Assembly: GCA_010093995.1 (NCBI GenBank)
Contig: ML992510.1
Span: 75,504-139,503, forward strand
Direction: 5' to 3'
Source of the DNA: Elsinoe ampelina
Lineage: Eukaryota
DNA: 64,000 bases
The notes beneath the pieces were generated by a model, which did not search any database, was not told where the DNA came from, and saw only the letters and a list, made by a program, of their open reading frames with translations. Positions 14,475-25,660 of the stretch are shown here, in pieces; positions within the stretch are counted from its first letter, which is position 1, and every line of letters starts with the position of its first letter. The translations under genes were made by a program, and so were the position numbers.

Positions 14475-14937
14475 TGTTATAAACCGTCTAAATATAGCCT
14501 ATACTAGTAGTCTAAGCTAAGCTAGGAACGAGGTAGTTCTACTTCTATAGTAGTATAGTACTAAGGTAAGAGTTAGAGAAGGTATATCTTATAGATAATA
14601 AAGTACAATTAGATAGTATTACAAAGGCTAGCCTTAGCAATACTAGTGTTTGCTATCTAGACAAGGTTAACTATAGTACTTACATAAGGTAAGAACTGTT
14701 CCTATATACATGTGTTCTCTATTATATTCTCTATGTGCTCTATATACTCCGTGGCAAGAGTCGGGGGCAATACAGAGTACACGTCCGCTAGTAACCTGCG
14801 TGCTCTGTAGTTTCAGGGGCAGAGCTACTAGAGAAGACAGAGAACCGGGTGAACGTCGGGCCAGGTCACGTGATGATCTCGGCAGCTTGATTGGTCCTGA
14901 CGTCCCCGCATTCCAGCTGTCCTGCTAGTTCGTAACA
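14475..14937 (-). repeat. 5' LTR of Gypsy B (distal ~190 bp little mutated)
   Basis: Direct repeat of 7920-8382; begins TGTTA and ends TAACA. Confidence 0.95.
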
Positions 14938-15726
14938 CTAAACTACTAAAATAAGATAGATTATAACTATATAAATACTTAACCTAGTGTACTAAAAGAT
15001 AGCTAAATTAAAAGAACTCCTTAATAGTAGTAGATTAAGACAATAATTATCTAATTTGATCATAGATTAGTAAAATAGTAAGATAGTGTTCAGTTCAACC
15101 TTGGGATGAACTGAATCAGGGTCTTCTTGGCGCTCCAGCTTATGCCTCGGTTGACAACCCGATTGGCAAGCTTCAAGGCTGTGGGGCTGATGCGAAAAGT
15201 GGCTTCTCAGCTGAGAATCTCGTGATAGGATGGAAGTATCATCATGGAGGGCACACAGATGAACTCGCATCACTAGCTCACTTCGCTTCACACAAATAGA
15301 TGAAGTGGCGTGCATACAACGAGACACGAACCGGGTACTGGCCAGATGCTGCAGCCGCAATACAGGGCTATCTCGCCATGCATTACTGTAACTCTGGACG
15401 ATCGCCGCGCGGCACCAAGGGCTGGCGAGCTCTTCGTGGCGCTCAAATATCGTGTCGTCCAATAATGCTGAGCCAGGGCGCATGCAGCTGGTGAGTGATA
15501 TTTTCGCCGTCTTAATCAGGTGGGCAGGACAGTGGCAGTGAATCGTCTCCCCCCTTCCCCTTCATCTCTTACGCTGAGCCACTCTCTTCTCAGTGATATA
15601 CAGCTTGGTGCACATATTTCTCGTCAGGCTCTCGGTACATGAGTCGACACCTATTCGCTACATCTCGACGCGGTTCCTGGTCCTTGACAGACCACGATTC
15701 GAATATGCACACCGTCAACATCCACC

Positions 15727-18110
15727 ATGGTCATCGCCAACCGCCTGCTCACGCCTGGTATGGAGCTCCGGGCTCTAGACCGCTCTCACTATCAGGTCGC
15801 TATTCTTTGCGCACCACCCATCGAGGCCGAAGCAGTGATTGCTGCCCTGGACAAGGACGACAGCAATCACGAGCAGAGATGGGCATTACGAGGCGACACA
15901 ACCTCTTACACCACAGGCGTCTGGGTGGGTCGGCCTGTGGTTGTGATACATTGTGGAGACATCGGAAAGGCCGCCGCTACATCCGCTATAACAAACGCTT
16001 GCCGGACCTTCAGCAGTCTTCAGCTAGTCTTGCTTGTGGGGATCTGTGGTGGAATACCTGTTCGTCGGGGCTGTAGGCATACCTACCTTGGTGACCTCAT
16101 CATTAGTACATCCATCAAGGTCTACGACTTTGGATCACAGCTTGACGGGCACTTTAAAGAGAAGATCGAGGATGAAGCGATCAATCCAAGACCCCTTTTC
16201 GGCCTTCCATCCTTCCTTAACAAATTGGACACTGAAACCAACCGCCAGCGACTTCGGGAAGATGTCAAGCAGACCATGGAGCTGCTCGCTCATAGACACG
16301 AAAGATATAGCTGGCCAGCCACCGACGGACGGTCTTACTATCCCTCTGACAGTTATCACAGACACCGTCCAGATGCATCGTGTGATTGCGCCAAAGATGA
16401 TGTCTGCGATGTCGCTACGAAGACCTCCTGCGAAGCACTCGGGTGCGACCCGACCTTGAAGGTAGTACGTTGCGAGAGATGCCATCAGAATCCTGGTTCA
16501 TGCTCGCATGATCCGCAAATCCTGTTTGGTCGCGTCGGCACTGCGGACACTGTGGTCAAGTCAGGCACATATCGAGACAAAGTGGCAGAGGAGGGTGACC
16601 TCATTGCATTTGAGATGGAGGCGTCGGGATCATGGGAAAGACTACCGACCATTGTCGTGAAGGCAGTCAGCGACTATGCCGATAGTCACAAGAACAAGAG
16701 CTGGCAGATATATGCTGCGGCTGTGGCTGCATCGGGTGCTAAAGCTCTGCTGAAGCAATGGCCTTGGGAGGAGACAGATGAGGACACTGTGCTAATTAGC
16801 AAGACTCGGTTAACCCGGACTTGGATATCAAGATGTGCAAGCCAGAGAAGAAAATGGCTGGTCTTAGGTATAGCAATCCTCGTACTGATGACGACGGCGG
16901 CAATCACTGGTGGCGTCCTCGGATCAAGGACAGACTTAACAACGTGAGTCCGTATGGGATCGGCATGATATATGCCTAATTCTTCACAGGCAGATACCTC
17001 TGATCAACGGAACACTGCCGATGATCCTGGCAAATCGCTCGGGCTTAGCAATCACTCAAAGACCGGACGGTCAAGGAATCCTTACATATCTGCAAGCAGC
17101 GAACGGCAGCATTGTAGAGATATCCCATGACAACGCTGCATTGGCCGCCGACAGTGTCAACAATCTTCGAGAACCCAGCGGAAAGGCAATTCTGCCCATA
17201 TCTGATGCCAGACTAGGCACTGCAATGGCAGCAGTCAGTTATAGCTTGGACGATACGTACTATGTTAGTCGTTCTGTCGCACCCCGGCCCATGCTGTGCT
17301 AATCATCGATAGAGACATCTTGTGTACGGGAATACAAAGCTAGAGCCCATGCACATGCTAATGTCCGGTACAGAGGGTGTATGGGAAGGACCGTTCCGAC
17401 TGAACGCAGCATGGGACGGGGAAAGAATGATGTCAGGCCCATTCGGCCTTGCAGCGTGCGTCTCCATGAACGAGGCTCTGAGTGGCATCCGAGTCTACTA
17501 CGCCCAAAGCACCGGCCAGATCAAGGAGCTATGGTGGAATGTCAACTCCGCAGTGACAGACCCCTGGTGGAAAGTCGCCATCGGAGCGGCTGATAAAAAT
17601 GCAGGCCTAGCTTGCGCAGTGAGCGACGTGGGTGACACATCTTACATGGACCTATACTGCCGGAACGGGACGGATACAACCCTGTCACAATACAGGTATG
17701 AGTATCCAGTCAACAGATCGGAAACATACTGGCGGCTCGGTACGCTTCCCCACCAGTTCGGGGTCAAAGCAGACACTGATGGGTGCATAGTCCAGAACAA
17801 AGGCCAAGCCGATCTACGCTTAGCGACAGGCACATCTATCAGTGCCCTGGCCGTAGCCAGCTCGCAGAAGCAATTGCTCTACTACAGCGGTCCCGACAAC
17901 TCCATCCGTCGGGCCACGAGATCGACCAACGATACCCTCGCACCGTACTTTAGTCAGACCGTGAATACCCAGATCAGGAACGACGGCGTGATCGCAAGCT
18001 ACCTGATCGGCCAGACACCATTGATCGTGCAGCAGCAAGGGCAGGTCCTGAAAGCGTGGCGCCTGCACGACAATGGCACAGTGGCAGCGACATTTTCCTT
18101 GTGGGGATGA
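15727..18110 (+). CDS. PNP_UDP_1 nucleoside phosphorylase - single TM helix - fungal fucose-lectin-like beta-propeller fusion protein (~745 aa)
   Basis: Exons 15727-16943, 16990-17263, 17313-17739 and 17791-18110. Introns are GTGAGT..CTAAT..CAG (46 nt), GTTAGT..CTAAT..TAG (49 nt) and GTACGC..CTGAT..TAG (51 nt), all preserving frame. PNP motifs: VAILCAPPIE, LLVGICGG, GDLIIS, FEMEASG, KAVSDYADSHKNK. TM: RRK-WLVLGIAILVLMTTAAITGGVLG. Lectin-type repeats: GTAMAAVSY..RHLVY, GIRVYYAQSTGQIKELWW, GTSISAL...LLYYSGPDNSIR. Confidence 0.85.
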
Positions 18111-18903
18111 AGTGTCAATCCAAGGACCGGGCTTGTCAGCTTAGAGCGTCTGCTATCAACACGGTCCACGCTCGATGGTACCACGCCGAAGTTGACGTGT
18201 GCCCTCCCACGGTAGATTTACTGCATCCACGTCGACGGAGCAGCGTTGCGGTCGGTAGTGGAAGCGCTTGAGCCTCCGCTACCGAAGTTCCACCTTAAAG
18301 GGGGAGACCCGATCAAGATGCCTTGTACCAATCCATATGGGAATGTATATATAGTGGCGGAGGGATAAGACGAAGATGAAGGTAGAAATTCAGGAGTGGA
18401 CGAGCCGGAGGCGGATGGGAAGGACTATGCTGATGTTGGGTACTGTCGGGTGCAAGCGGATTGTCTGGCGCCCACTGTGTACGTGCATCTGATGGAGCAG
18501 TAGGGATGTAGGTGGCTGTATAACAGACCACCTGGCATGGCGTATATCTAAGCAGGGTGCGAAGGGATGTATGGTGGTGGGGGACGGTCTGAGGAGGAAA
18601 GTGGATGTAGGAATGGCGAGGTGTGTCATGGAAGGATAGTAGCTCGTTGTCACGGGGACTAGCCTGGAACACACTGTATATGAAGCTATCAGTAGACTTT
18701 GGATGTATAGGCGGCAGTTGGACGATCACATGCTATTAGAGGGGTGTGATACAGCGGGTACGAAGTGGCTGATGGTACAGGAACGAGCCATTGGAAGGGA
18801 GATTGCGGAATCTCGATATTATTGCTAATTCGCTATGGAAAGGACGCTCGCTAAGGTGCGGGAAGGGAAGCCAAAAACCACTGCGTCATAACTACCAGGC
18901 GCT

Positions 18904-19815
18904 CTATGTTCTCTTCTTGGACCGGAAAGCACTGTCCTGCTCCAACCAGGCCTTGAAGTCCTTCAGACCGGGGTTCACCTTCTTAAGGCTAGCCACGTCT
19001 GCACCATACCCCACCTCGGCGAACCACTTGTACATCAACCCAAAGTCCTTCAGGAACCAGCACAAGAGATTGGCCAAGAAGGAAAACGTGGTAGGTAATG
19101 TCTGGCCGGTCGTCTGCTTGAAGATGGCCTTGAACTCATCGAGGGTCAACTCGTCACCTGCCAGCGACATCTTCTTGTTGACATACTCGTCTGGCTTGAG
19201 TAGAGCTTGGGCGGCGAAGAAACCAATGTCGCTCGTGGCGATGAGTTGTAGCTTCTGGTTGGGCTTGAGATGGGTGAGCCAGGCTGTGGTGAAGATCTTG
19301 CCGAAGAAGTCCGGGGTGAGGTTGTCGAAGAAGGCGACCGGTCGGAGGATGGTCCATGTCATGCGGTCCTTGGCTTGGGAGAGGAGGTGCTGCTCGACGT
19401 TGAATTTGGACTTGAAGTGTGGGACATAGGTGGGACGGACGTCGGACTTGGCCTCTCCACCGCGGTCGATGGAGGAGTAGACAAAGTGCTTGACACCGGC
19501 TTTGAGGGAGGCGTCGACGAGGTCTTTGCCTTGCTTCTCTTCGTTGGGGTTGTCGATAGCGAGTTGAACGCTGAAAACGCCCCACACTGGTGACGAAGTG
19601 AGCTTGCTGGCGGCCACGAAGATCTCGTCGGGCTTGTTGAGGTCACCGGCAAGGAGCTGGACTCGTTTGTTGGAGAGTAGCTTCTTGGCTGAGGCGGAAG
19701 AGGTGTCGCGGGTCAGGGCGAGAATGTCGAGGTCGGCATTGGCGTCTTGCAAGGCGGTGATGAGAGATCGACCTTGCTTGCCGGTGGCACCAGTGACGAG
19801 AATTGTGCGAGACAT
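18904..19815 (-). CDS. NmrA-like family NAD(P)-binding protein
   Basis: 303-aa intronless ORF with Rossmann ILVTGATGKQG, AGVKHFVYSS, PHFKSK and WTILRPVAFFDN. Confidence 0.92.
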   Translation of the reverse strand: MSRTILVTGATGKQGRSLITALQDANADLDILALTRDTSSASAKKLLSNKRVQLLAGDLNKPDEIFVAASKLTSSPVWGVFSVQLAIDNPNEEKQGKDLVDASLKAGVKHFVYSSIDRGGEAKSDVRPTYVPHFKSKFNVEQHLLSQAKDRMTWTILRPVAFFDNLTPDFFGKIFTTAWLTHLKPNQKLQLIATSDIGFFAAQALLKPDEYVNKKMSLAGDELTLDEFKAIFKQTTGQTLPTTFSFLANLLCWFLKDFGLMYKWFAEVGYGADVASLKKVNPGLKDFKAWLEQDSAFRSKKRT

Positions 19816-20774
19816 TGCTTGGAATGCTTTGAGGTCTTGTATATCTCAGAACTGACTGGATGAACGGTTGTTGTGTTGTTCTTGTGTCTGCTTTGATGGT
19901 GGTTGCAAATGTTTGGATGCGTTTGAATGTTTTGAATTTGATGCTGGACAGAGACAAACGACCTACTCTTATACTTATCTCTTCATGATGCCACTCACTG
20001 TGTCGCTTGAGGATAATAATGTGGCTCGCGTACATCTGTGGCTTGAATGACTGAGGCTGGCCTGAAGTGATTTGGTAAGCTGGATTGTGTTGTGTAAAAG
20101 GATTCAAGCGGCTCGGTCAAAGCTGGAAAGCGAGGTGACGCCGAGGCCACGGATTGATCAGCAGCAGTCCCAAAACTATATAGCGTGAAAGTTTAAACAG
20201 CTAATAGGCCCGACTACCGATCTCCATTTTGTCCTTTGTAACTTTGTGTCTCTCTCCCAAGTTTCTCATCAAATGAGTGGACTAGTTGCTCGCCCACACC
20301 CACGTTGCTGGCCACTCCCTCACCGGTGTCCGGAGCAGCATACATCCGCGAGGACTTGCCTACATGGAACACGGATGGTCATCGTTTGCGCTCGTGACCA
20401 AGTAGACTCTACTCTGTATAGCCTAAACGTTCCAAGCCAGGTATCGAGCATTGGTTAGTGTCCAGGGTCCTGTGGGGAAAATGTCAGGTACCGCGTGTCA
20501 ATGTGGCAAGCTAACGTCTCAGACGTGAATCGCTAGAGGTTGTCTTCTACTCTCCCTCTCCTTCAAACATGCGGAAACATGGCGAGCGAAAGCAGAGCCA
20601 AAAAGAAAGTTAGATGAGAAAGGATCATTCATCTGGGTGTTTAGCCTGATCGTACATATTGACGAATGCTGTGTGCTATAAGAGGTCCCCCTTGCGTTCG
20701 CCAATGCCAAAAGGCTTGACCAAAAGCTTTGCATATCAGTTGATTCCTTCCATCACTCCTTACCCTTTCTCAAT

Positions 20775-21728
20775 ATGCAGTTCTCAACCATCCTCGCACT
20801 GGTTGCGTGCGCCACTCTGGGCAGTGCCCAGGCTCCTGTCAAGGTCAATGGCTTCAACTTGGGTCCGACTAAATTGGGCATGTACATCTACGTGCCATCC
20901 AACTTGAAGAAACCGGCACCCATCGTTGTCGCCGTCCACCACTGCCAGGGTTCCGCTGTCGGCTACTCTCAGGAGACCAAGTATCAGACCTACGCCCAGC
21001 AGAAGGGCTTCATGGTCATCTACCCCAACTCAAGGTCGAGCGGTGGATGCTTCGATGTCTCCTCCAAAGCCAGTACGTATACACCTCGTTGTCTGCGTCA
21101 AGGGACGACTTGCTGATGTGAGACCACAGCTCTTACTCACAACGGAGGTGGTGACTCGCAGACCATCGCCAACATGGTCAAGTACGCCGTCTCCAACTAT
21201 GGAGGTGATGCCTCCCGAGTCTACGTCACTGGTAGCTCCAGCGGTGCCATGATGACCAACGTCCTCGCCGGTGCCTACCCCGACGTCTTCAAGGCTGCTT
21301 CCGTCTACAATGGCGTCCCCGACGGGTGCTTCGCCGTCAGCGGTGCCACTGCCACCCAAGACCCACCAGCATGGAACTCTCAGTGCGCCAACGGACAAGT
21401 CATCAAGACTGCTCAGCAGTGGGGCGACTTGACCCGCAGCTACTACCCAGGCTACACCGGCTCCCGAACAAGAATGCTGCTCTGGCACGGAACCGTCGAC
21501 CAGACTCTCAAGTATCCCAACTACGGAGAATTGCTCAAGCAATGGAGTAACATCCTCGGCTTGACCACCAGCAAGAATACCGTCAATACTCCTCAGAGCG
21601 GCTACACCCAGACTATCTACGGTTCAGGCACCGCCAACACCGCCAAGCTAGTCGGCTACAGCGCTGCCAACGTCGGCCACACCGTCCCCGTTCACGAGGC
21701 TCAAGATATTGCCTTCTTCGGTCTGTAA
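20775..21728 (+). CDS. Secreted acetylxylan/feruloyl esterase (CE1, PHB-depolymerase-like esterase family)
   Basis: Signal peptide; MYIYVP..PIVVAVHHC, GSSSGAMMT nucleophile elbow, WHGTVD and GH motifs. Intron 21073-21129 joins the two ORFs in frame. Confidence 0.92.
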
Positions 21729-22457
21729 GCGAAAGGAGAGTGTATATACCTCTTTCCGCAGTAGCCTCTTAGGTCGCTATTGACTATAGAAGATGAGAAG
21801 AGCAGGCCTTTGTTACTGTAAATACTTGGCCAATGGAAGTCCTACTCCACACTCCTGAATGTCGTCTCCTAGATACTGCAGTGATACCTCTGAAGCGCTG
21901 AATGCACTAAGAACAAATTGACGGTTCGGGTAGCTCTTGTGCAGTCCGCTAGACTACTCATGCCTTCGGTTCTCGAAGATGGATGGACTTGCAGATGAGC
22001 GATGGGTTCCGCCGCGCCGATCCGTAAGTATCAAACGAAGCGGTGAAGAACAGTCATCTACATGATGGAGCGAAGCTGGCCAGGTCAATCTGGCCTCTGC
22101 CCACGAAAATTACTAAGCACGACCGGTGCGATATCGGTCCGCGGTTGCCCCGTGCTTGGTGATCATAGCTCCGCTATCTCCAGCACGAGGATAATGATCG
22201 CATCATTAGTTTCGCTATCAATCACTTTCACAATCAAGAACATCATGCTTCTTGGTCACGATGGAGCAGCGGAGCGGAGATAGTGCCAAGGAGCGATTTG
22301 CATTGTCATCATTCTATCAACAACCTTCACCGTGTCGATGTCCTTCCAACTCTGTTTTCTGCAACAGCGTCTCGTCTTCATTCGTCATATCAGGTTGATT
22401 GATTGTCTGAACAAGTCAGCGATTCGCAGCGTGCCAGTCTTCTTGACCTCAACCTAC

Positions 22458-22544
22458 CTAGCAGGAGCATGATCCAGCAGAGCAGTTGCAAGACCCAGCA
22501 GGGCACTTGCAAGAGCCGTTTCCGCAGTTTCCGCAGCCGCCCAT
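22458..22544 (-). CDS. Small copper-type metallothionein (28 aa, 8 Cys)
   Basis: MGGCGNCGNGSCKCPAGSCNCSAGSCSC has CxC motifs, no aromatic residues and a size like Neurospora-type Cu-MT. TATAAA at 22667-22672 (minus). Adjacent to FRE and CTR genes. Confidence 0.85.
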   Translation of the reverse strand: MGGCGNCGNGSCKCPAGSCNCSAGSCSC

Positions 22545-22709
22545 GATGATGGTATTGGTAGGTAGAGGTGGTGGTGGTGTTGTTAAAAGTGGGCTGTACC
22601 GGATGGAGGTGTTTGATGTCTTTGTTGAGATTGATACTGAATAGTCAGGAGGAAGTATCACCTCTATTTATACCCTCTTCCCTCCCTCATCCCGCTTGGC
22701 CTCAACCGC

Positions 22710-22887
22710 CCGCAAAAAAAGCTCAGCTTGAATCAGTGGCTTGAGAACAACGGTACGACCTCCCCACTCCGGCCACGATCTTCTTCGCCGAATTCATCCA
22801 CTCTCCCGCCTTGACCGCAAAAACCTCGCACGCATAACCTCACACGTTGGCCAAGGCCAGACCCCGCGCACAAACACCGCAAAAAAC
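22710..22887 (-). promoter_or_regulatory. Metallothionein upstream motif cluster: 3x TTTTTGCGG plus an Ace1-like TTCAAGCTGA
   Basis: CCGCAAAAA on + strand at 22710, 22815 and 22877. HTHNNGCTGD-type match at 22723-22732 (minus), just upstream of the TATA box. Confidence 0.45.
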
Positions 22888-23196
22888 TACCACGAATCGG
22901 CCGCCGCGAAAGAACCGCATCCCACGCATGCCTGTCATCGTGCAGACGCTCCCATGCGATTGGTCCGCAGGAGTGGCGCCGATAATGGCCACGTTTCCGT
23001 GCAACCCAGGCAGGGCTCTGGCATCGGTCCGGAAGTGGAGTCTACACTTCACTCAGGGTCTCATGGTTCGTGCAACCGTCCGACTACCTGCCTGGAACGG
23101 GTGATGCCAATGCCACATATTCCCCATCACAAAGCATGGGAAACGGAACAGAATCAATTCATCCGTGACGTATCAGATATCGAGATCTCCAACCGA

Positions 23197-25192
23197 TCAA
23201 GCCCAATCGAAATGCTCCAGGTGCAGCGTCACGCCCCCTTGCCTGCCCGCACGTGTGAATTGTGCCTTTGCGCACGCCTCGCGGATATCATGCTGCATAC
23301 TCAGCGGGCCACAAGCGAAGACACTCAGCCCCTCCTGAGCGTATTCCTCCGCCTCTGCCTGGATCAACGCAGGCAGATCTGGTCGCCCCGTATGTGCCTG
23401 CCCCTTTCCCACGCTCGCTGCTCCAGGAGACGACCCAGACCCATCCAACGACTCTGCCGCCCCTTCGCCTCCCTTCTCTTCGTCTGAATCCGCAACTGCA
23501 GTCTCGTCGCCCGTGAAGAATATCTCGATCGAATTCGCGCCCGTGCTGTTCGGGTAGCCGCTGTATCTCGCGTAGATCTCCTCGACGCGAGACGTGAACC
23601 ACTCGTAGGTCGCCGCTTCTCTCGTCGCGAGAACCACCCTCAGACTCCTCGGCGTCCGTCCCGCGGCCTCGTCGGCGCCGTTCACCTTCATCTGCTCTGC
23701 AATGCCATACTGCACTGCCCTTTCGATCAACGGCAACGTCCACCCCGCCCCTGATCCCCCCGCGATCACGACATGACGCCCTCCCCTGGCAAGCTCACTG
23801 GGTTCGATCCCCCCGTACGGCCCGTCGAGGAGCACCTTCATGCTACACCCCTGATTCGCGCTCACGTAATTGAACAACCGCCCTGTAAACCCCTTCTGCG
23901 CACGGATGTAGAACACAAGCTTCGACTCTTTCCACACCGGCTCGGGAAGGGAGCAAGCCGTGAACGGATGGGCCGTGAAGCCGTGCAGACCGAACGAGGC
24001 GAGACGGACGAAGAAATGCTGTCCTGGACGCCAGTGGGCTTTGATGGGGATGGAGACGTGGATGAAGCCGTTGGGGGTTGTGGTGAGGGTGGCGGGCAGG
24101 AGGCCGTGTTGGAAGTAGGTGCGGAGGAGGGAGTAGAGGAGAGAGGGGATGTAAATCGCTGCTGTGGCGATGAAGTAGTCCCTGGGTGGGGTCAGCGAGG
24201 GGGAGGAGGGGGACAGGAGGGAAAGGAAAGGGGGAGAGGGAAAGGGGCAGGGGGAGAGGGGAGAGGTACCAGGAGGAGAGGCGGAAGTTGCAGTGGATGA
24301 AGAAGAAGACAATGAAGAGGATGGCGGCGAGGAAGTGCAGGATTTTGAAGGATTCGTAGCCTGCGCGTCTGAAATTCGTCAGTATTGTCTTGGGTGATTG
24401 GCAAGCGAGCATACCTAAGAGGACCGATGGATGCGAATGTCAGCCATGCTTGTGGGATCAAGGCTGCCACGCCTGTCCAGTAGTACACTGTACTCCACTG
24501 TGCTGCCAGCTCGCCTCTACCAGCACGATAGACGATGAATGGGAAGGTGTGGATCAACGCAAGAACAAACATCGCGTGGGAAATCCATCGGTGGAAGATT
24601 TGTAGCTTCTCATGGCTGATACCCGTCAAGAAAGTGACCAGGTTGGCCTTGCTGGCTGTGGCGAGAACAAACGGCATGCAGCCCAGTGCCATCCACCCTG
24701 CCCGAGTGGCAATTGGCGGGGAGCTGCCAAAACTAGTAGTACGCGTATTGGGCCAGTAGTATGGCTGCGGACCAAGCGTCATGACTGTGAAGAAGATGAA
24801 GCCAAGGACACCTAGAGCTGCTACCCCTGCTGGAGGCGTGTTGTAGTTGATCTTTTCGAGGCGCGAGCCCTTGTAGGAGAGCCATCTTGTGGTTGTCTGG
24901 AGGAATGAAGACTTTGGGACCTTGGAAGACGGTATCCTCTTCGAGAGTCGAAACAGGTGGGAGAGTGCGAAGATGGCTATGATGATGACGAAGAAGTAGA
25001 TGGTTCCCAGGCCAAATCGATGGTCAGCCTCATACCTGGAGAAGTGTGAGTCTTGTTCGCATCCTCGCCTCCTTCAACATACCAGTATCGCCAATATCCT
25101 ACACGGTATGCACATTGTTCCGGCGTCAGCATGCAGTGGTCCATCCGGGACGAATGCAGCCGCACCGGCTTTGTGAGGCCGGTCATCGCCAT
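23197..25192 (-). CDS. Ferric/cupric reductase transmembrane component (FRE family)
   Basis: Exons joined over introns 25036-25082, 24369-24414 and 24182-24270. Heme His motifs FHRWISH/LIHT and ILHFL/FIHC, FAD motif HPFT, LDGPYGG, IAGGSG, CGP and C-terminal EHFDW. Confidence 0.92.
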
Positions 25193-25540
25193 GCTGAGAT
25201 GTATACGTGACGACAATCAAACAAACGACAAGTGAAGAAGAAGCTCGAGAACGTGAAGAACAGATGGTCACGAAGGAAGAACAGAGTTAGACTGCCCATC
25301 CATTCTGTGCGTGAATAGCCCATACGTTTCAATCAGTGGCAACCTTCCTACCAAGCACCGACAAGCCCTGCCGGCACCATTCTATTCGAACCAACGACGT
25401 TAGCGGCATTACACCCACAGCAAATGCGCACGTTTCCTCGCAGTGTTTCCCTGCAGCCGAGTCGCATTGTTGCAGGAAACATCAAAAGAGGTGAAGTTCG
25501 AAGCAGAGATCTGCACTCCGACCAATCAGCTCCGGCCAAA

Positions 25541-25660
25541 TTTGCTCATTCCCTCGCATTTCTCCTCTTGCTTTCATGCAATGGTCTCTTCGAATGCATG
25601 GCAAGTATTCTAAAGCGTGATAGACATGTTCTGGGCACGTTGTGGCATGGTGTGAGCAAG
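25541..25660. promoter_or_regulatory. Pair of candidate Mac1-type copper-response elements in the FRE/CTR divergent promoter
   Basis: TTTGCTCA at 25541-25548 (+) and CTTGCTCA at 25653-25660 (-). They match or nearly match the yeast CuRE TTTGC(T/G)C(A/G). Confidence 0.6.

Larger units (their letters stand above)
7920..14937 (-). mobile_element. RIP-inactivated Ty3/Gypsy chromovirus-type LTR retrotransposon B
   Basis: 463-bp LTRs at 7920-8382 and 14475-14937 (TG...CA intact in the right copy). TSD CTAAA at 7915-7919 and 14938-14942. Minus-strand PPT at 8383-8397. Minus-strand relics: gag knuckle CFKCKRPxH (~13550-13597), protease (~12250), RT AYLDNIII (~11251-11275), integrase, and chromodomain-like YLIx*KGH..S.AT*xxEEH (~9120-9195). 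Confidence 0.95.
1..15080 (-). mobile_element. RIP-degenerate Ty1/Copia LTR retrotransposon (5' part: LTR, PBS, gag), split by two Gypsy insertions; fragments at 1-743, 7584-7919 and 14943-~15080
   Basis: Minus-strand reading from ~7706 gives a RIP-scarred copia gag start (IILTTxAx*AS*LYIIKIRA...I*NLINP). It continues in frame across the TAGGG TSD into 743-> (AILRALKNKF...RDFLLSI) and reaches a degenerate CxC..H.W..CYYL..RPEGW knuckle near 25-105. A RIP-ed copia-type PBS (AGTTATAAGCC for GGTTATGAGCC) is at 7865-7875. The right boundary is approximate. Confidence 0.75.

Noticed and set aside
14710..14928. 72-aa ORF
   Set aside because: Lies wholly in the little-mutated part of the Gypsy B LTR; no protein features.
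15067..15700. Short ORFs between the TE nest and the PNP-lectin gene
   Set aside because: No recognisable motifs or coding pattern; likely promoter/UTR.
18313..18729. 138-aa and 94-aa minus-strand ORFs
   Set aside because: Non-ATG starts and no motifs; probably NmrA 3' region or intergenic.
22741..23196. Start of a 248-aa plus-strand ORF
   Set aside because: Overlaps the MT promoter and runs antisense into FRE; no family features.
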